Below, piece by piece: positions 53,101 to 62,494 of a stretch of 64,000 bases of DNA (the first letter of the stretch is position 1; the number at the start of each line of letters is the position of its first letter). The stretch lies in the IMG/VR virus record IMGVR_UViG_3300034122_002094; one strand, 5' to 3'. A model generated the notes under the pieces. The model was given only the letters and a program-made list of their open reading frames with translations, did no database searches and had not been told where the DNA came from. This stretch comes from a virus. Position numbers and translations under genes: made by a program.

Positions 53101-54756
53101 TCACTCACCTTCCGTGATGTCTTTATCTTTTGCGTCGCGGACTCGATCACGCTTTTGAGGCGTCCGCTTGTCTGGATCGTTGGAGGCTTCGTTGCGCTGA
53201 TCCTGGCTCTGAGCAGCCTGCTTGGCTTGCGCCTGAGCCTGCTGCTGCTTCTCGGCTTGCTTCTGCTTCTCAGCCTCAATGGTCGAGCTGGAACGCTCCT
53301 CAAGCTGAGAGAGCTGGCTGCGGAACGGAATCCCGAGGTCGCTGCACATGGCCTTGATGTCCGGCATTGCGTCAGCCATGTAGCCAAGAGCCGCATAGCT
53401 CGACTGAATCTGCATGGACGACTTGAGGATCTCCTTGATCATCTTGGATCTACCAAGACTATTGCGATCGATCTCAAATTCAACTTCGTCAATACGCTTC
53501 GGTCCGAAGTTGTAGGCGATGATCTGGTTGACGACGTCAACACGGACCACCTGCTCGATCTGATCGACGATGTCCTCGACCGTGATCATGACCAGATCTT
53601 CCTTCGCATCGAGCTCAGAGAAGTTGGACTTGCCGACAAATGCACCGAATACACCGAGAGACTGGGCCTTCTGCTTCTCCAGAAGATCCAGCACTGTCAT
53701 ATAGTTGCTGACATCAGCATTCGAGATCTCAAGGAACTTGATGTTCCAGAGCGGCTCGCCAGACTTCTCGTCGCGCTCGCTCGGGAGAGCGACTGCCTTG
53801 TTGGTCATCGCCTGCTCAAGGATGTCCAGCGCGATCTCGTCATTCTGGCGTGGGCCATCAGACGTATCGGTCTCGCCCGGTGGGAACTCGACGACTACGG
53901 GCGGATCACCGGTCTTGGCGAGCTTTTGCAGGAGCGCGATCATCGTCGCCCCGAAGTAGAACCAGGGCTTGTAGGCGCTCTTGTATCGAGAGTTGCCCCA
54001 GACACCAGAGTAAGTCCTGTCGAGAGCAAACCAGACAAGCTGGTGCCGCCAGAACGTCTCATTGGTCATGCCCACGTTCTGCTCGACGCGGACGATCTCA
54101 TCAGCCACTGTGTCAAGGTAGAACCTGAAGCGATTGTTCGGGTTCAGGGTCTTGATCTTCTCAGGGTATACCATGTAGCCCTGATAGATGATCTCCTTCT
54201 CCTGAGATGACTTGTCAGTCAGGGTCACCCGCTTTCTGCCCCAGACCTTCTGAGAGAACATGAAGCCGTTCTTCAGGCCCTCTCGGACCATGTCTCGAAT
54301 GAGCTGAGCGAACACAGGCTCCAAGGCTGCTCGGACGACAGCGGCGACGCGAGGGTCAGAGCTGCGCACACGGAAACCAAGCTTGCTGATGAAGCCCACG
54401 ATGATCTGAGTTGACAACCGGATGGTGTCATCATCGATCATCTCATTGTAAGTGTAGAGATCGTAGCGGAGAGGGTTGTAGATCTCCAGCTCGGGCTCAC
54501 TGGTGCCACGATTGTTGACAGCGCGCTCGCGCATGTCAGACGGCTTGGGATCGTTGAGATCGTAAGCCGTCTTCTTGACGACTCGCTTCTTGCGAAGCAA
54601 ACCGTTCGGGCTCATGGCATCAAAGAGGGCATCCATTGGACCCTTGACGTCACGATCGCCGGAGACGCTGACGAAGTGATTCGTCGCGACCTCCGGGGTG
54701 AGCCAGCTCTGCGAGCCACAATACAGGCTCAACAGCTTCAGATCATTTTCTTGCAT
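53101..54756 (-). CDS. Portal protein (DUF935/Mu gp29-like)
   Basis: Between terminase and protease; WGNSRYKSAYKPW, QIIAYNFG. Confidence 0.85.
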   Translation of the reverse strand: MQENDLKLLSLYCGSQSWLTPEVATNHFVSVSGDRDVKGPMDALFDAMSPNGLLRKKRVVKKTAYDLNDPKPSDMRERAVNNRGTSEPELEIYNPLRYDLYTYNEMIDDDTIRLSTQIIVGFISKLGFRVRSSDPRVAAVVRAALEPVFAQLIRDMVREGLKNGFMFSQKVWGRKRVTLTDKSSQEKEIIYQGYMVYPEKIKTLNPNNRFRFYLDTVADEIVRVEQNVGMTNETFWRHQLVWFALDRTYSGVWGNSRYKSAYKPWFYFGATMIALLQKLAKTGDPPVVVEFPPGETDTSDGPRQNDEIALDILEQAMTNKAVALPSERDEKSGEPLWNIKFLEISNADVSNYMTVLDLLEKQKAQSLGVFGAFVGKSNFSELDAKEDLVMITVEDIVDQIEQVVRVDVVNQIIAYNFGPKRIDEVEFEIDRNSLGRSKMIKEILKSSMQIQSSYAALGYMADAMPDIKAMCSDLGIPFRSQLSQLEERSSSTIEAEKQKQAEKQQQAQAQAKQAAQSQDQRNEASNDPDKRTPQKRDRVRDAKDKDITEGE

Positions 54757-54759
54757 AGC

Positions 54760-56694
54760 TCACCTACTGAAGGGGTTCTTTAGGCCTTGACCATGAATTT
54801 GGGGCGCCAAGCCACCGGGGCTTTTACCGAGAGGAGTTGCGAGGACCGCATCCAGAGGGCCTGCTTTGCGAGCAGGTTTGCCGAAGATGTTGGGCTTCGT
54901 GTCTCGTTCTTTCTCGATCTGAGGCCTGAAGATGTTGCGACTCACCGTCAACCTCTGCGCTGAGGCCTTTGTTCCAGCCAGGCTGGCAAACATCAACGCC
55001 CAGGCGATGTCTGAGTGGTGACGAACCTTCTCGTCAGCCTCATACACGACCGTCTTGTTCGCGCGGACCTTTCGCTTGATCGCGTAGAGCTGATCGACCG
55101 TCTCCTTGTCGAAGAAGATGCCGATCGTCTGATGCTCCATTCGGATCTTGAAGTTTGTGGCGAGCAGCTCCTTCTTCTTGGCGGTGCCGCCCATCTGCCA
55201 CTCTTCCACGTTGCTGCGGTAGCGTTTCTTCAGATTTTGAGCCATCTGCATACCGATGCCGGTGGCGTCGATATTGAGCTTTCGGATGATGCCGTAGCTC
55301 ATGAGCTGCATAAGCTTCGCCTCTTGCTCCTTGAGCAGAAGGCCATCAAACTTCTCTCTCAGGCGCTCGATCTGGAAGGTGGCGCCGTCTGGCATCCTGA
55401 ACTCCTCCAGGACGACCAGCACAGCGCTGTGGTGCGTCGCGCCCACGTCGTAACCAGCATACAGGTATCTTCCAACAATACCCTGGTGAACCCCGAGCAA
55501 CAGATCCTCGATGCGAGTATAGCGCACCCTGTTGATGCCAAGCAGGTCGATCTGGCCAGACATACCCTCCTGCATATCGTCGAAGACCTGCTCAGCCGTC
55601 ATGGCCGCGCCAGTCTTTGGATCGATCCAGTCGTCCTGATCATCGGGCTGGTAGTCAGTCTCCATATCGGTCGGCAGATCGAACATGCAGTCGAAGATGA
55701 GCTCCTTGTGGAAGAACGCAGCCTCCTCATCAAGGAACTCGCCCTCAAACTCCTGGCGGAAAGAGTCTGTGCTGATGGCCGCACGCCACTGCTTCTTGAG
55801 GATGTCGCTGCCAAATGCCTCGACGCGCTCCTCGGTTGTCATGTGCTCGGCCTGCTCAGCCGCAAGCGCCATGCCCTCTGGGCTCGAATCCTCAAGGTAG
55901 ATTCGACAGTTCCACCAGTTGAGGTGCATACGGTGAAAGTCTGGATACTGCGACTCAAGAGACAAGATGTCGTGGTACAGTCCACCCTTGCCGAACGGCG
56001 TAGAGATGATGTCCATTGTACCGCGAGTCTGGCCGAGAGCAGGAACCGCCGACTCGTAGATGGTGTTGGCGAGCGTGAAGAACGCGAACTCGTCGAACAG
56101 GATCTTGTTGGCGGTCAGACCACGAATCGGCTTCTGGGCGTGGCTCATGATGCGAGCCTTGGTGCCGTTTGATGGGTTGATCCACTCGATCATCTGGAGG
56201 GGGTCGCGGCTGATCGGCTTGCGGAACTCGGGCGGCAGACAGTCCATAATCTGCCGCACATAGTTGATCTTGTTGATCGCCTCTTCCTTTTTATAGGATA
56301 CAAAGATAGCCGTGAAGGTCGTATTGCTCATCATCGCGACGATGAAATACTTCACGGCAGCGGCGAGGCTCAGACCGACCTGGCGAGGCTTGTTGGTGAT
56401 CATCCCCATCACAAGATCGAAGTAGAAGCGCTGATAAGGCTCCCACTCCCATTTGCGCCCGAGGCGGTTCATCCGGTCGAGCGCCTCCTGATCGAACAGG
56501 ATGTCAGCGAAGTCAGACTCGCTGTCAGCGATGTGCTTGACGATCTTTGGTAGATCCTGCTTCTCGATCTGCCTTGGCACAACGATCAGCGGCCCATGCG
56601 CCGTAGACTCCAGGATGCCTCTGCGCGTGGGTTGTCTGCCTCCGGCCTCCCCATCCAGGCTCTCGATCACTTTGCTCTGGATGATCTTGCTCAT
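54760..56694 (-). CDS. terL: Terminase large subunit
   Basis: KPRQVGLS, LFDEFAF, ISTPFG, FRQEFEGEF, AGYDVG, IDATGIG and HSDIAWA motifs. Confidence 0.95.
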   Translation of the reverse strand: MSKIIQSKVIESLDGEAGGRQPTRRGILESTAHGPLIVVPRQIEKQDLPKIVKHIADSESDFADILFDQEALDRMNRLGRKWEWEPYQRFYFDLVMGMITNKPRQVGLSLAAAVKYFIVAMMSNTTFTAIFVSYKKEEAINKINYVRQIMDCLPPEFRKPISRDPLQMIEWINPSNGTKARIMSHAQKPIRGLTANKILFDEFAFFTLANTIYESAVPALGQTRGTMDIISTPFGKGGLYHDILSLESQYPDFHRMHLNWWNCRIYLEDSSPEGMALAAEQAEHMTTEERVEAFGSDILKKQWRAAISTDSFRQEFEGEFLDEEAAFFHKELIFDCMFDLPTDMETDYQPDDQDDWIDPKTGAAMTAEQVFDDMQEGMSGQIDLLGINRVRYTRIEDLLLGVHQGIVGRYLYAGYDVGATHHSAVLVVLEEFRMPDGATFQIERLREKFDGLLLKEQEAKLMQLMSYGIIRKLNIDATGIGMQMAQNLKKRYRSNVEEWQMGGTAKKKELLATNFKIRMEHQTIGIFFDKETVDQLYAIKRKVRANKTVVYEADEKVRHHSDIAWALMFASLAGTKASAQRLTVSRNIFRPQIEKERDTKPNIFGKPARKAGPLDAVLATPLGKSPGGLAPQIHGQGLKNPFSR

Positions 56695-56695
56695 G

Positions 56696-56989
56696 TTACG
56701 CTCGCCAGCCGTGGCCAAAGTAAGGGCGGCAGCTCTTGTCCATGCCCTTCTTCGCAAGCTCATACTTGCGCTCGGTCGGCTCCATGTCGACAAGCGCGCT
56801 GTCCTTGCTCATGGCGCCCTTCTTCTCGACAGGCTTGTCAGAGGCCTTCAGAGGGGCTGGAGGCAGTGGGTTGGTCTCTTCCATCAGGCCGAGCTCTGCA
56901 ACCGCTCCTGGAGCGTCTACGGCGGTCTCAGCCGCATCGTCGAGCAGCAGCTCAAAGTTGATAGGGGTCAGATCGTCTTGATCGCTCAT
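56696..56989 (-). CDS. Hypothetical protein
   Basis: Translationally coupled between the terminase genes. Confidence 0.6.
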   Translation of the reverse strand: MSDQDDLTPINFELLLDDAAETAVDAPGAVAELGLMEETNPLPPAPLKASDKPVEKKGAMSKDSALVDMEPTERKYELAKKGMDKSCRPYFGHGWRA

Positions 56990-57750
56990 TTCGGGCCTCT
57001 CGTGGTCGTCTTGGTCTTGATTGTGACTTCCATCAAATCTTCGGTGGAGTCTTCATCTGAGTCAATGATGGCGTCGGGCATACCGAGCTTCTGGCGGTCG
57101 AGCACCTGCTGGCGCCCCTCTGCACGTCGGGCCATCTGCTTCTTGTAGTCAAACAGCTCGCCGATCGGGTTCGACTGCTTCTCGACCTCTCCGCGCAGCA
57201 AGCGCTTCTCGAAGTCGGCGCGGCGCTGAACGGTGAGCTCGTAGTTGGAGCGGATCTTCTCGGTCATGTCCTGGAAAGACATCACCGTCTCGGACTCGAT
57301 CTCGGTCGGCATCATGAGGCGCGTGGACTTGTTGATGGCCTCAAAAGCTCTGACGGTGTCCTTGTAAGACGCCATGCGAGCGAAGCGGTCCAGATACGCC
57401 TGCCTTGCTGCTGCATCGGGCAGCCCCTTGTAATGCTCCATGTCCGGCTCGTCGAAGCGGCTCTCAAGCTCGACAGCCTGCTTCTCATACAAACGATAAG
57501 TCGTCTGCTTCGCTCGCTCCATGAACTCACGATCGGACACGACCTCCTCGGTCAGCGCTTCGATGTAAGCCTTGCAGTGTTTGTTTTTGCGCCACAGGCG
57601 GATGCTGGTGTCTGGCACCCCGAGGAGGCGAGACAGATCGTCGTCTGACAAAGAGGTCGTTCGGACCATCATCTGGCAGAACTGGCGCTGCTTCAAGTTC
57701 AGAGAAGCGCCTGGAGCTTGCTGTGGTAGTGTTGGGATCTTGCTGGCCAT
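56986..57750 (-). CDS. Terminase small subunit (putative)
   Basis: LNLKQRQF...LSRLLGVPDTSIRLWRK N-terminal HTH; GGAGG RBS; upstream of TerL. Confidence 0.65.
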   Translation of the reverse strand: MASKIPTLPQQAPGASLNLKQRQFCQMMVRTTSLSDDDLSRLLGVPDTSIRLWRKNKHCKAYIEALTEEVVSDREFMERAKQTTYRLYEKQAVELESRFDEPDMEHYKGLPDAAARQAYLDRFARMASYKDTVRAFEAINKSTRLMMPTEIESETVMSFQDMTEKIRSNYELTVQRRADFEKRLLRGEVEKQSNPIGELFDYKKQMARRAEGRQQVLDRQKLGMPDAIIDSDEDSTEDLMEVTIKTKTTTRGPK

Positions 57751-58175
57751 GCGGACCTCCTGAGCCGTGTTTGACAGCAAACATCGGAGTTCATTTATAT
57801 TTGTGGGCTGATGTACGGCGGGAGGGGGGCAGCGGAACTGGGGGAGGTGGTCTTCCTTTCAGTTCAATTATCACTTCAAGATACTGCCGCAGGCTGTTTC
57901 CCCGTCAAAACCGCATCGTAACTTTCCCTTTAACATCGCGAAAACCATGTCAAAACTGTCTTCAGAACGAGCCTCTGGTATATGCGCTCCACGAAGTGGA
58001 GTGCGTATACCCTTTTTTTCGTAGAAAAAAAGAATAGTTAATAGATATAATAGTGGGGCGGAGCCGTTCTATTAAATTTGTAAAGTCGCCCATAAGAAAA
58101 TGGGACGTTGGCGTTAGGCATCGAAGATAACGCAGTGAATGGTGCGTTTTATTTCCTCGGCATGAGACAATTATT

Positions 58176-58630
58176 TGACATGTCACTGTGTACCGATGGC
58201 TCAGAGCCGCAACATAAACTAGCCGGTACACACCTATCGTTTTGATTTTACTACCGAAGAATTTTTTTGGCTTGAGGCGTGTACCGGGCGTGTGTCGACG
58301 TGCCCGGTACACGCCTATCGTTTTGTTTTATTTGATGTTTACAACACGAAGAAGGAGCGAGTACCGGGCATCACCCATGTTTCTTTATGGATCGAGTTTG
58401 TATATAGAAAGAAAGGCCTAACCCCCCGGTACACACCGCTCGACTCAGAGAATAATAGATTTGATCTCATACGTTTAAGTGTGTACCGGGTGCGCCGACA
58501 CACACCCGGTACACACTTGCGGAATCTTCGGGAGGTTCTCTCGCCATCATAAAGAAAACATTATATTTTACATTGATTTAAGTGTGTACCGGGCTGCGTT
58601 TGGAGTACCAGGATCGACCCCCGGTACACA
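58176..58630. repeat. Array 2 of alternately oriented GTGTACCGG boxes
   Basis: Forward boxes at 58188, 58279, 58359 (GAG variant), 58481, 58584; reverse boxes at 58223, 58304, 58426, 58506, 58621; begins with palindrome TGACATGTCA. Confidence 0.9.
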
Positions 58631-58688
58631 GGAACAAGGGGCAGGCGCCCGCTGTTGGACAAGAAACCCAACGACCACGAGGTCAAAG

Positions 58689-59171
58689 ATGAGCGATGCC
58701 AATGACTGGGCCTTCATGCTGAAGGAGCCCACCATCTCTAAAGTGCAAGATCTTATTGTGATTTTGCAGTACGCAGTGTCCCTGTATCGCGATGACGCGA
58801 GCAACCCGATGAATGACCCGACCACCCTGTGCCTGATCGCCAGAAAGGCCAGGAAGGTGCGGTGGAACCACCCTCGTGTTAAATTTATTGATCTGCCATC
58901 TCACAGCGCAAGTCATGATCCTGGTGAAAGAAAAGCAACGATCGACTACTGGGTCACGACGATCCAGCGGTCGATTGACGAAGTTCTCAGTTGCCAGACC
59001 GACCGTGATGCGGCTATATGGCTGGAGCGTCGCATGAGCGACGAGGAACGACTGGAGCAGCTTGACCGATGGCAGGTCAGCGAGAAGAAGGTCGCCTCCA
59101 CGCTGAAGCGGATCGACGCCCTCGTATTACAGCGATACCTGCTAAACCATAATAAAAACAAGAATATCTAG
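58689..59171 (+). CDS. Hypothetical protein
   Basis: First plus-strand gene after array 2; GAGG RBS before ATG at 58689; ends in TAG. Confidence 0.65.
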   Translation: MSDANDWAFMLKEPTISKVQDLIVILQYAVSLYRDDASNPMNDPTTLCLIARKARKVRWNHPRVKFIDLPSHSASHDPGERKATIDYWVTTIQRSIDEVLSCQTDRDAAIWLERRMSDEERLEQLDRWQVSEKKVASTLKRIDALVLQRYLLNHNKNKNI

Positions 59172-59178
59172 GAGCGCT

Positions 59179-60900
59179 ATGACATCCGAAGAGCCAATGA
59201 ACGACCGCCGCCTCGCGAAGCTCACCTCGATGTGGCACAAGGTCGGCCAGCCAACATCGACACCAGAAGGGATGATGAAGCTGCTGCTGCTCAAGGGCTC
59301 GCGTCAGAATGATCTCTATATCTGGGATGAGAAGCTTGAGACCTACATCTTCTGGGATGCCAAGGACGATCTTGAGGGGGCGCTCAACTCCTTCTGCCCC
59401 ACGATCTTCTACGGCGTGAAGTCATGGTACGAGGATGGCGGCTTTGGCATGTCGTTCAAAGAGGTCTCGACCCGCTTCATGACCCGCATGAAGAAGTTCA
59501 ACATGCAGATGATGAACTATGGCAGCCATGTCGATCTTGAGAATCGAATCGCAACAATCTCGGTGCTCGCGCCCCAGCGCTTCAAACCCAAAGAGCATCG
59601 CGACGTCGCCGAGTGGCTCTTGGCGCTGCTCGGGGATCAGCAGATCGAGTATGGCCTGAATTGGCTCGCGGGATCCGTTGATCTGAGCCGTCCCATCTGC
59701 GCCATCTATATCGCTGGCGCCCCCGACGTTGGCAAGAACCTGCTCGCAGCGGGCCTCTCTGCAATGTTTGGTGGGTTTGCAAACTGGAAAGAGGTGGCGC
59801 TCAACTTCCAGAGCATGATGGGTCAGACCCCGATGATCTGGGCGAACGAGAAGATGGAGAAGCCAAAGTTCGCCGATCTGCTCGACGTCATGCGAGATCT
59901 CATCGGCACTGATCAGATCAGCCTGGAAGAGAAGAACCGCCAGGTCTACAACCTCACAACCAACTACCGTCTCGTCATCACAGCCAACAACGAGCGGCTG
60001 GTCAAGGCGCTGGGCAGCTACAACACTGATGACTTGAACGCCGTCAAACAGCGTATCGGCTACATCCAGTGCTCTGAGAACGGCAGGCACTGTCTGGCAA
60101 AGCTCGCAGAGCAGCAGAGCCTCACGCTCAACGAGCTCACGACGAGCTTCGCCAAGTACAAGATTGCAGAGCACGTCCTCTGGCTCGCGAAGACGCGGGT
60201 GCTGCCCAACGCAGGCAATCAGCGCTTCATCGTCCGTGGCTGGCAGAACCAGGTCACAGACAGCCTGGAGTTCAAGTCGGGCAACATGCGCGCGCTGGCG
60301 CAGCTCATCTATCGTCTTCTGCGGACCCCAGGCGCAAGAGGCGTGATTCGGAAGCAAGGTCAGATCTGGGTCAACGTCGGCTGCTGTCAGGAAGAGTGGG
60401 ACCTGTACATGCCGAAGACGATCGCAAAGGGCGTCGACTGGCTCAAGATGTCGGAGATGGTCCAGATGGTTCAGGCCGAGAAGAAGCGGATGAGGCCACC
60501 AGTGCCAGACTCCGTCTCAGCGCGCAGCATCGCGGCTGTCAACTACTACCGTCTCAAGAGTGAGACGATCAAGATGATCCTGACCTGCAACGGATTTGAT
60601 GACGAGGAAGCCGAGGCGATCATCAACGACGTCGAGCTCGCAGAGGACGCTGATGTGGTGGCTGATCTTGCCCCTATCGAGGTCGGAGCAGTAGAGACGA
60701 TGGTGCGCGAGCCCGAGGAGATCGACATCGAGAACTGCCCGTTGGAGCAGCTCAAAGCTCACGTTGAGACTTTGAGAGCAGACCATGCTCAGGAGACCAA
60801 GTTCAGCAGCAAGGTCACAAAGAAAGCCCGGTATGACAGAGCAAACCTTGTCCTTGGTCAACGAACCAAGCTGGCAAAGATTCAGGCGGTGACAGGATGA
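59179..60900 (+). CDS. SF3-like (D5/NrS-1-type) helicase without a primase domain
   Basis: IAGAPDVGKN Walker A, IWANE Walker B, ISLEEKNRQVY and VITAN motif C. Confidence 0.75.
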   Translation: MTSEEPMNDRRLAKLTSMWHKVGQPTSTPEGMMKLLLLKGSRQNDLYIWDEKLETYIFWDAKDDLEGALNSFCPTIFYGVKSWYEDGGFGMSFKEVSTRFMTRMKKFNMQMMNYGSHVDLENRIATISVLAPQRFKPKEHRDVAEWLLALLGDQQIEYGLNWLAGSVDLSRPICAIYIAGAPDVGKNLLAAGLSAMFGGFANWKEVALNFQSMMGQTPMIWANEKMEKPKFADLLDVMRDLIGTDQISLEEKNRQVYNLTTNYRLVITANNERLVKALGSYNTDDLNAVKQRIGYIQCSENGRHCLAKLAEQQSLTLNELTTSFAKYKIAEHVLWLAKTRVLPNAGNQRFIVRGWQNQVTDSLEFKSGNMRALAQLIYRLLRTPGARGVIRKQGQIWVNVGCCQEEWDLYMPKTIAKGVDWLKMSEMVQMVQAEKKRMRPPVPDSVSARSIAAVNYYRLKSETIKMILTCNGFDDEEAEAIINDVELAEDADVVADLAPIEVGAVETMVREPEEIDIENCPLEQLKAHVETLRADHAQETKFSSKVTKKARYDRANLVLGQRTKLAKIQAVTG

Positions 60901-61340
60901 GAGTGACAGTGTTGAGTATGCCGCCCTCGCAGGTGGTGATGGATACCATCTGCGAGGTCATCGAGATGAAGATCGTGAAGGGCGGCAGCAAGTATGCAAG
61001 CCTTGGCCCGATGAGCTCTGACCAGCTCATCGAGAAAGTGTTCGTGGACGACATGCCCGATCCAGTACCCTGGACGAGCTTCTTCAAAGAGCACTTCAGC
61101 ACCTTCCAGACAGTGCTGACATCCCGTCAAATTATTGGCATGACACAAGAAGGACTCTTTTATGTTGCACCCGAGGCTCATGGGCGCTATATAGAGAGGG
61201 TCGTCAAGGTTGGCGAAGCTGAGCAGATCGAGTATGAGTATCTGCTGCGAACAGAAGAGCCAGCCGAGATCAGCAGCCATGAGCCTGCGCGCACGAGAGC
61301 GTGGCGCTGGTTTACAAAACTCATCAGGAAGAAGACATGA
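60897..61340 (+). CDS. Hypothetical protein
   Basis: ATGA-coupled on both sides. Confidence 0.7.
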   Translation: MRVTVLSMPPSQVVMDTICEVIEMKIVKGGSKYASLGPMSSDQLIEKVFVDDMPDPVPWTSFFKEHFSTFQTVLTSRQIIGMTQEGLFYVAPEAHGRYIERVVKVGEAEQIEYEYLLRTEEPAEISSHEPARTRAWRWFTKLIRKKT

Positions 61341-62275
61341 ACGAAATCAAGAACTACCATGCCCACATCTCGATGCTTCAAGACAAGCACGTCGATCAGC
61401 CGATCTTCAACGGCGGATATGTTCGTTACGTCGAGCACCACGGCTCAGACCAGCTCATCGCCAAGGCAGCCCGCACCTCGTTCGCCCGAGACGAGTACAA
61501 GGACGACGCCGCCAATGAAGGTCTCATCGACTACCTGGTCCGCAACCACCACGGCAGCCCGCTGGAGCTGCCAGGCATCACGGTTCAGATCAAGGTGCCG
61601 ATGCAGCTCAAGAACCAGCTCATCCGCCACAGGACAGCTCGTCTGAACGAGAGCAGCCTGCGCTACATCGAGCACGACGGCACGTTCTATGTGCCCGACT
61701 ACGACCAGTGCTGCCACCAGTCGTCGACCAAGAAGCAGGGATCTGGCGATGAGATGTCGCTGGAGATGGCGACTGCTGTGCAACAGATCATCATCGATCA
61801 GTGTGAGGCGGCCAACGCCACATACGCTCGTCTCCTGGCGCCGCCCTACAACATGGCCAAGGAGCAGGCTCGCGGCGTCCTGACGCTCAACCACTACGTC
61901 ACGATGGTCTGGCAGATGGACATTCGCAACATGCTCTGGCTGCTGCGACTGCGCCTCGATCACCATGCACAGGGACCGATCAGGCAGTTCGCTCGCCTGC
62001 TCGCCAACATCGTTGAGGATCTGTTCCCGATGACCTACAAGGCCTTCGACGAGCACATCCTCAATGGCATGACCCTGAGCAAGAGTGACATCCAGTATCT
62101 GGCTGATAACGACTGCAATATCAAGACGGCCCACCTGCGGATCCTGGAGGACATCAACCTGATGAAGACCTACAATCCCAACAAGCCAGTGCCTGGTGTG
62201 CTGCTGGAGCGGGCCGCCAAGTTTGAGCGCATCGTGATGCTGTGGCAGGATGGTCCAGCCGATGACGCTGACTGA
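61337..62275 (+). CDS. thyX: Flavin-dependent thymidylate synthase
   Basis: AARTS, HGSPLE, QLIRHRTARLNESSLRY, KEQARGVL and LRLDHHAQ motifs. Confidence 0.95.
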   Translation: MNEIKNYHAHISMLQDKHVDQPIFNGGYVRYVEHHGSDQLIAKAARTSFARDEYKDDAANEGLIDYLVRNHHGSPLELPGITVQIKVPMQLKNQLIRHRTARLNESSLRYIEHDGTFYVPDYDQCCHQSSTKKQGSGDEMSLEMATAVQQIIIDQCEAANATYARLLAPPYNMAKEQARGVLTLNHYVTMVWQMDIRNMLWLLRLRLDHHAQGPIRQFARLLANIVEDLFPMTYKAFDEHILNGMTLSKSDIQYLADNDCNIKTAHLRILEDINLMKTYNPNKPVPGVLLERAAKFERIVMLWQDGPADDAD

Positions 62276-62489
62276 TAGCGAGGTCGTGGCGCTGGTCAAG
62301 ATGATCGGCGCCACGAACTTCGATGCGATCGTGCTCGTGTCTCAGAAGCTGCTCACGACGTATCCCAATCCAAATAAACGGCACGCCGTCTTTGTTGAAA
62401 AGCTGCTGACGATGTCAGCGCTGCACACCCAGTATATTCAGGATCGACAGTCCCTGTCGCCTGACGAGCTCGCCAGAAAATGGAGTTAA
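62262..62489 (+). CDS. Hypothetical protein
   Basis: Small ORF filling the operon gap. Confidence 0.55.
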   Translation: MTLTDSEVVALVKMIGATNFDAIVLVSQKLLTTYPNPNKRHAVFVEKLLTMSALHTQYIQDRQSLSPDELARKWS

Positions 62490-62494
62490 AAAAG

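Noticed and set aside
57878-57908. Sigma70 promoter for the terminase operon (TTGACG...TATCTT)
   Set aside because: The spacer is 19 bp, too long to call with confidence.
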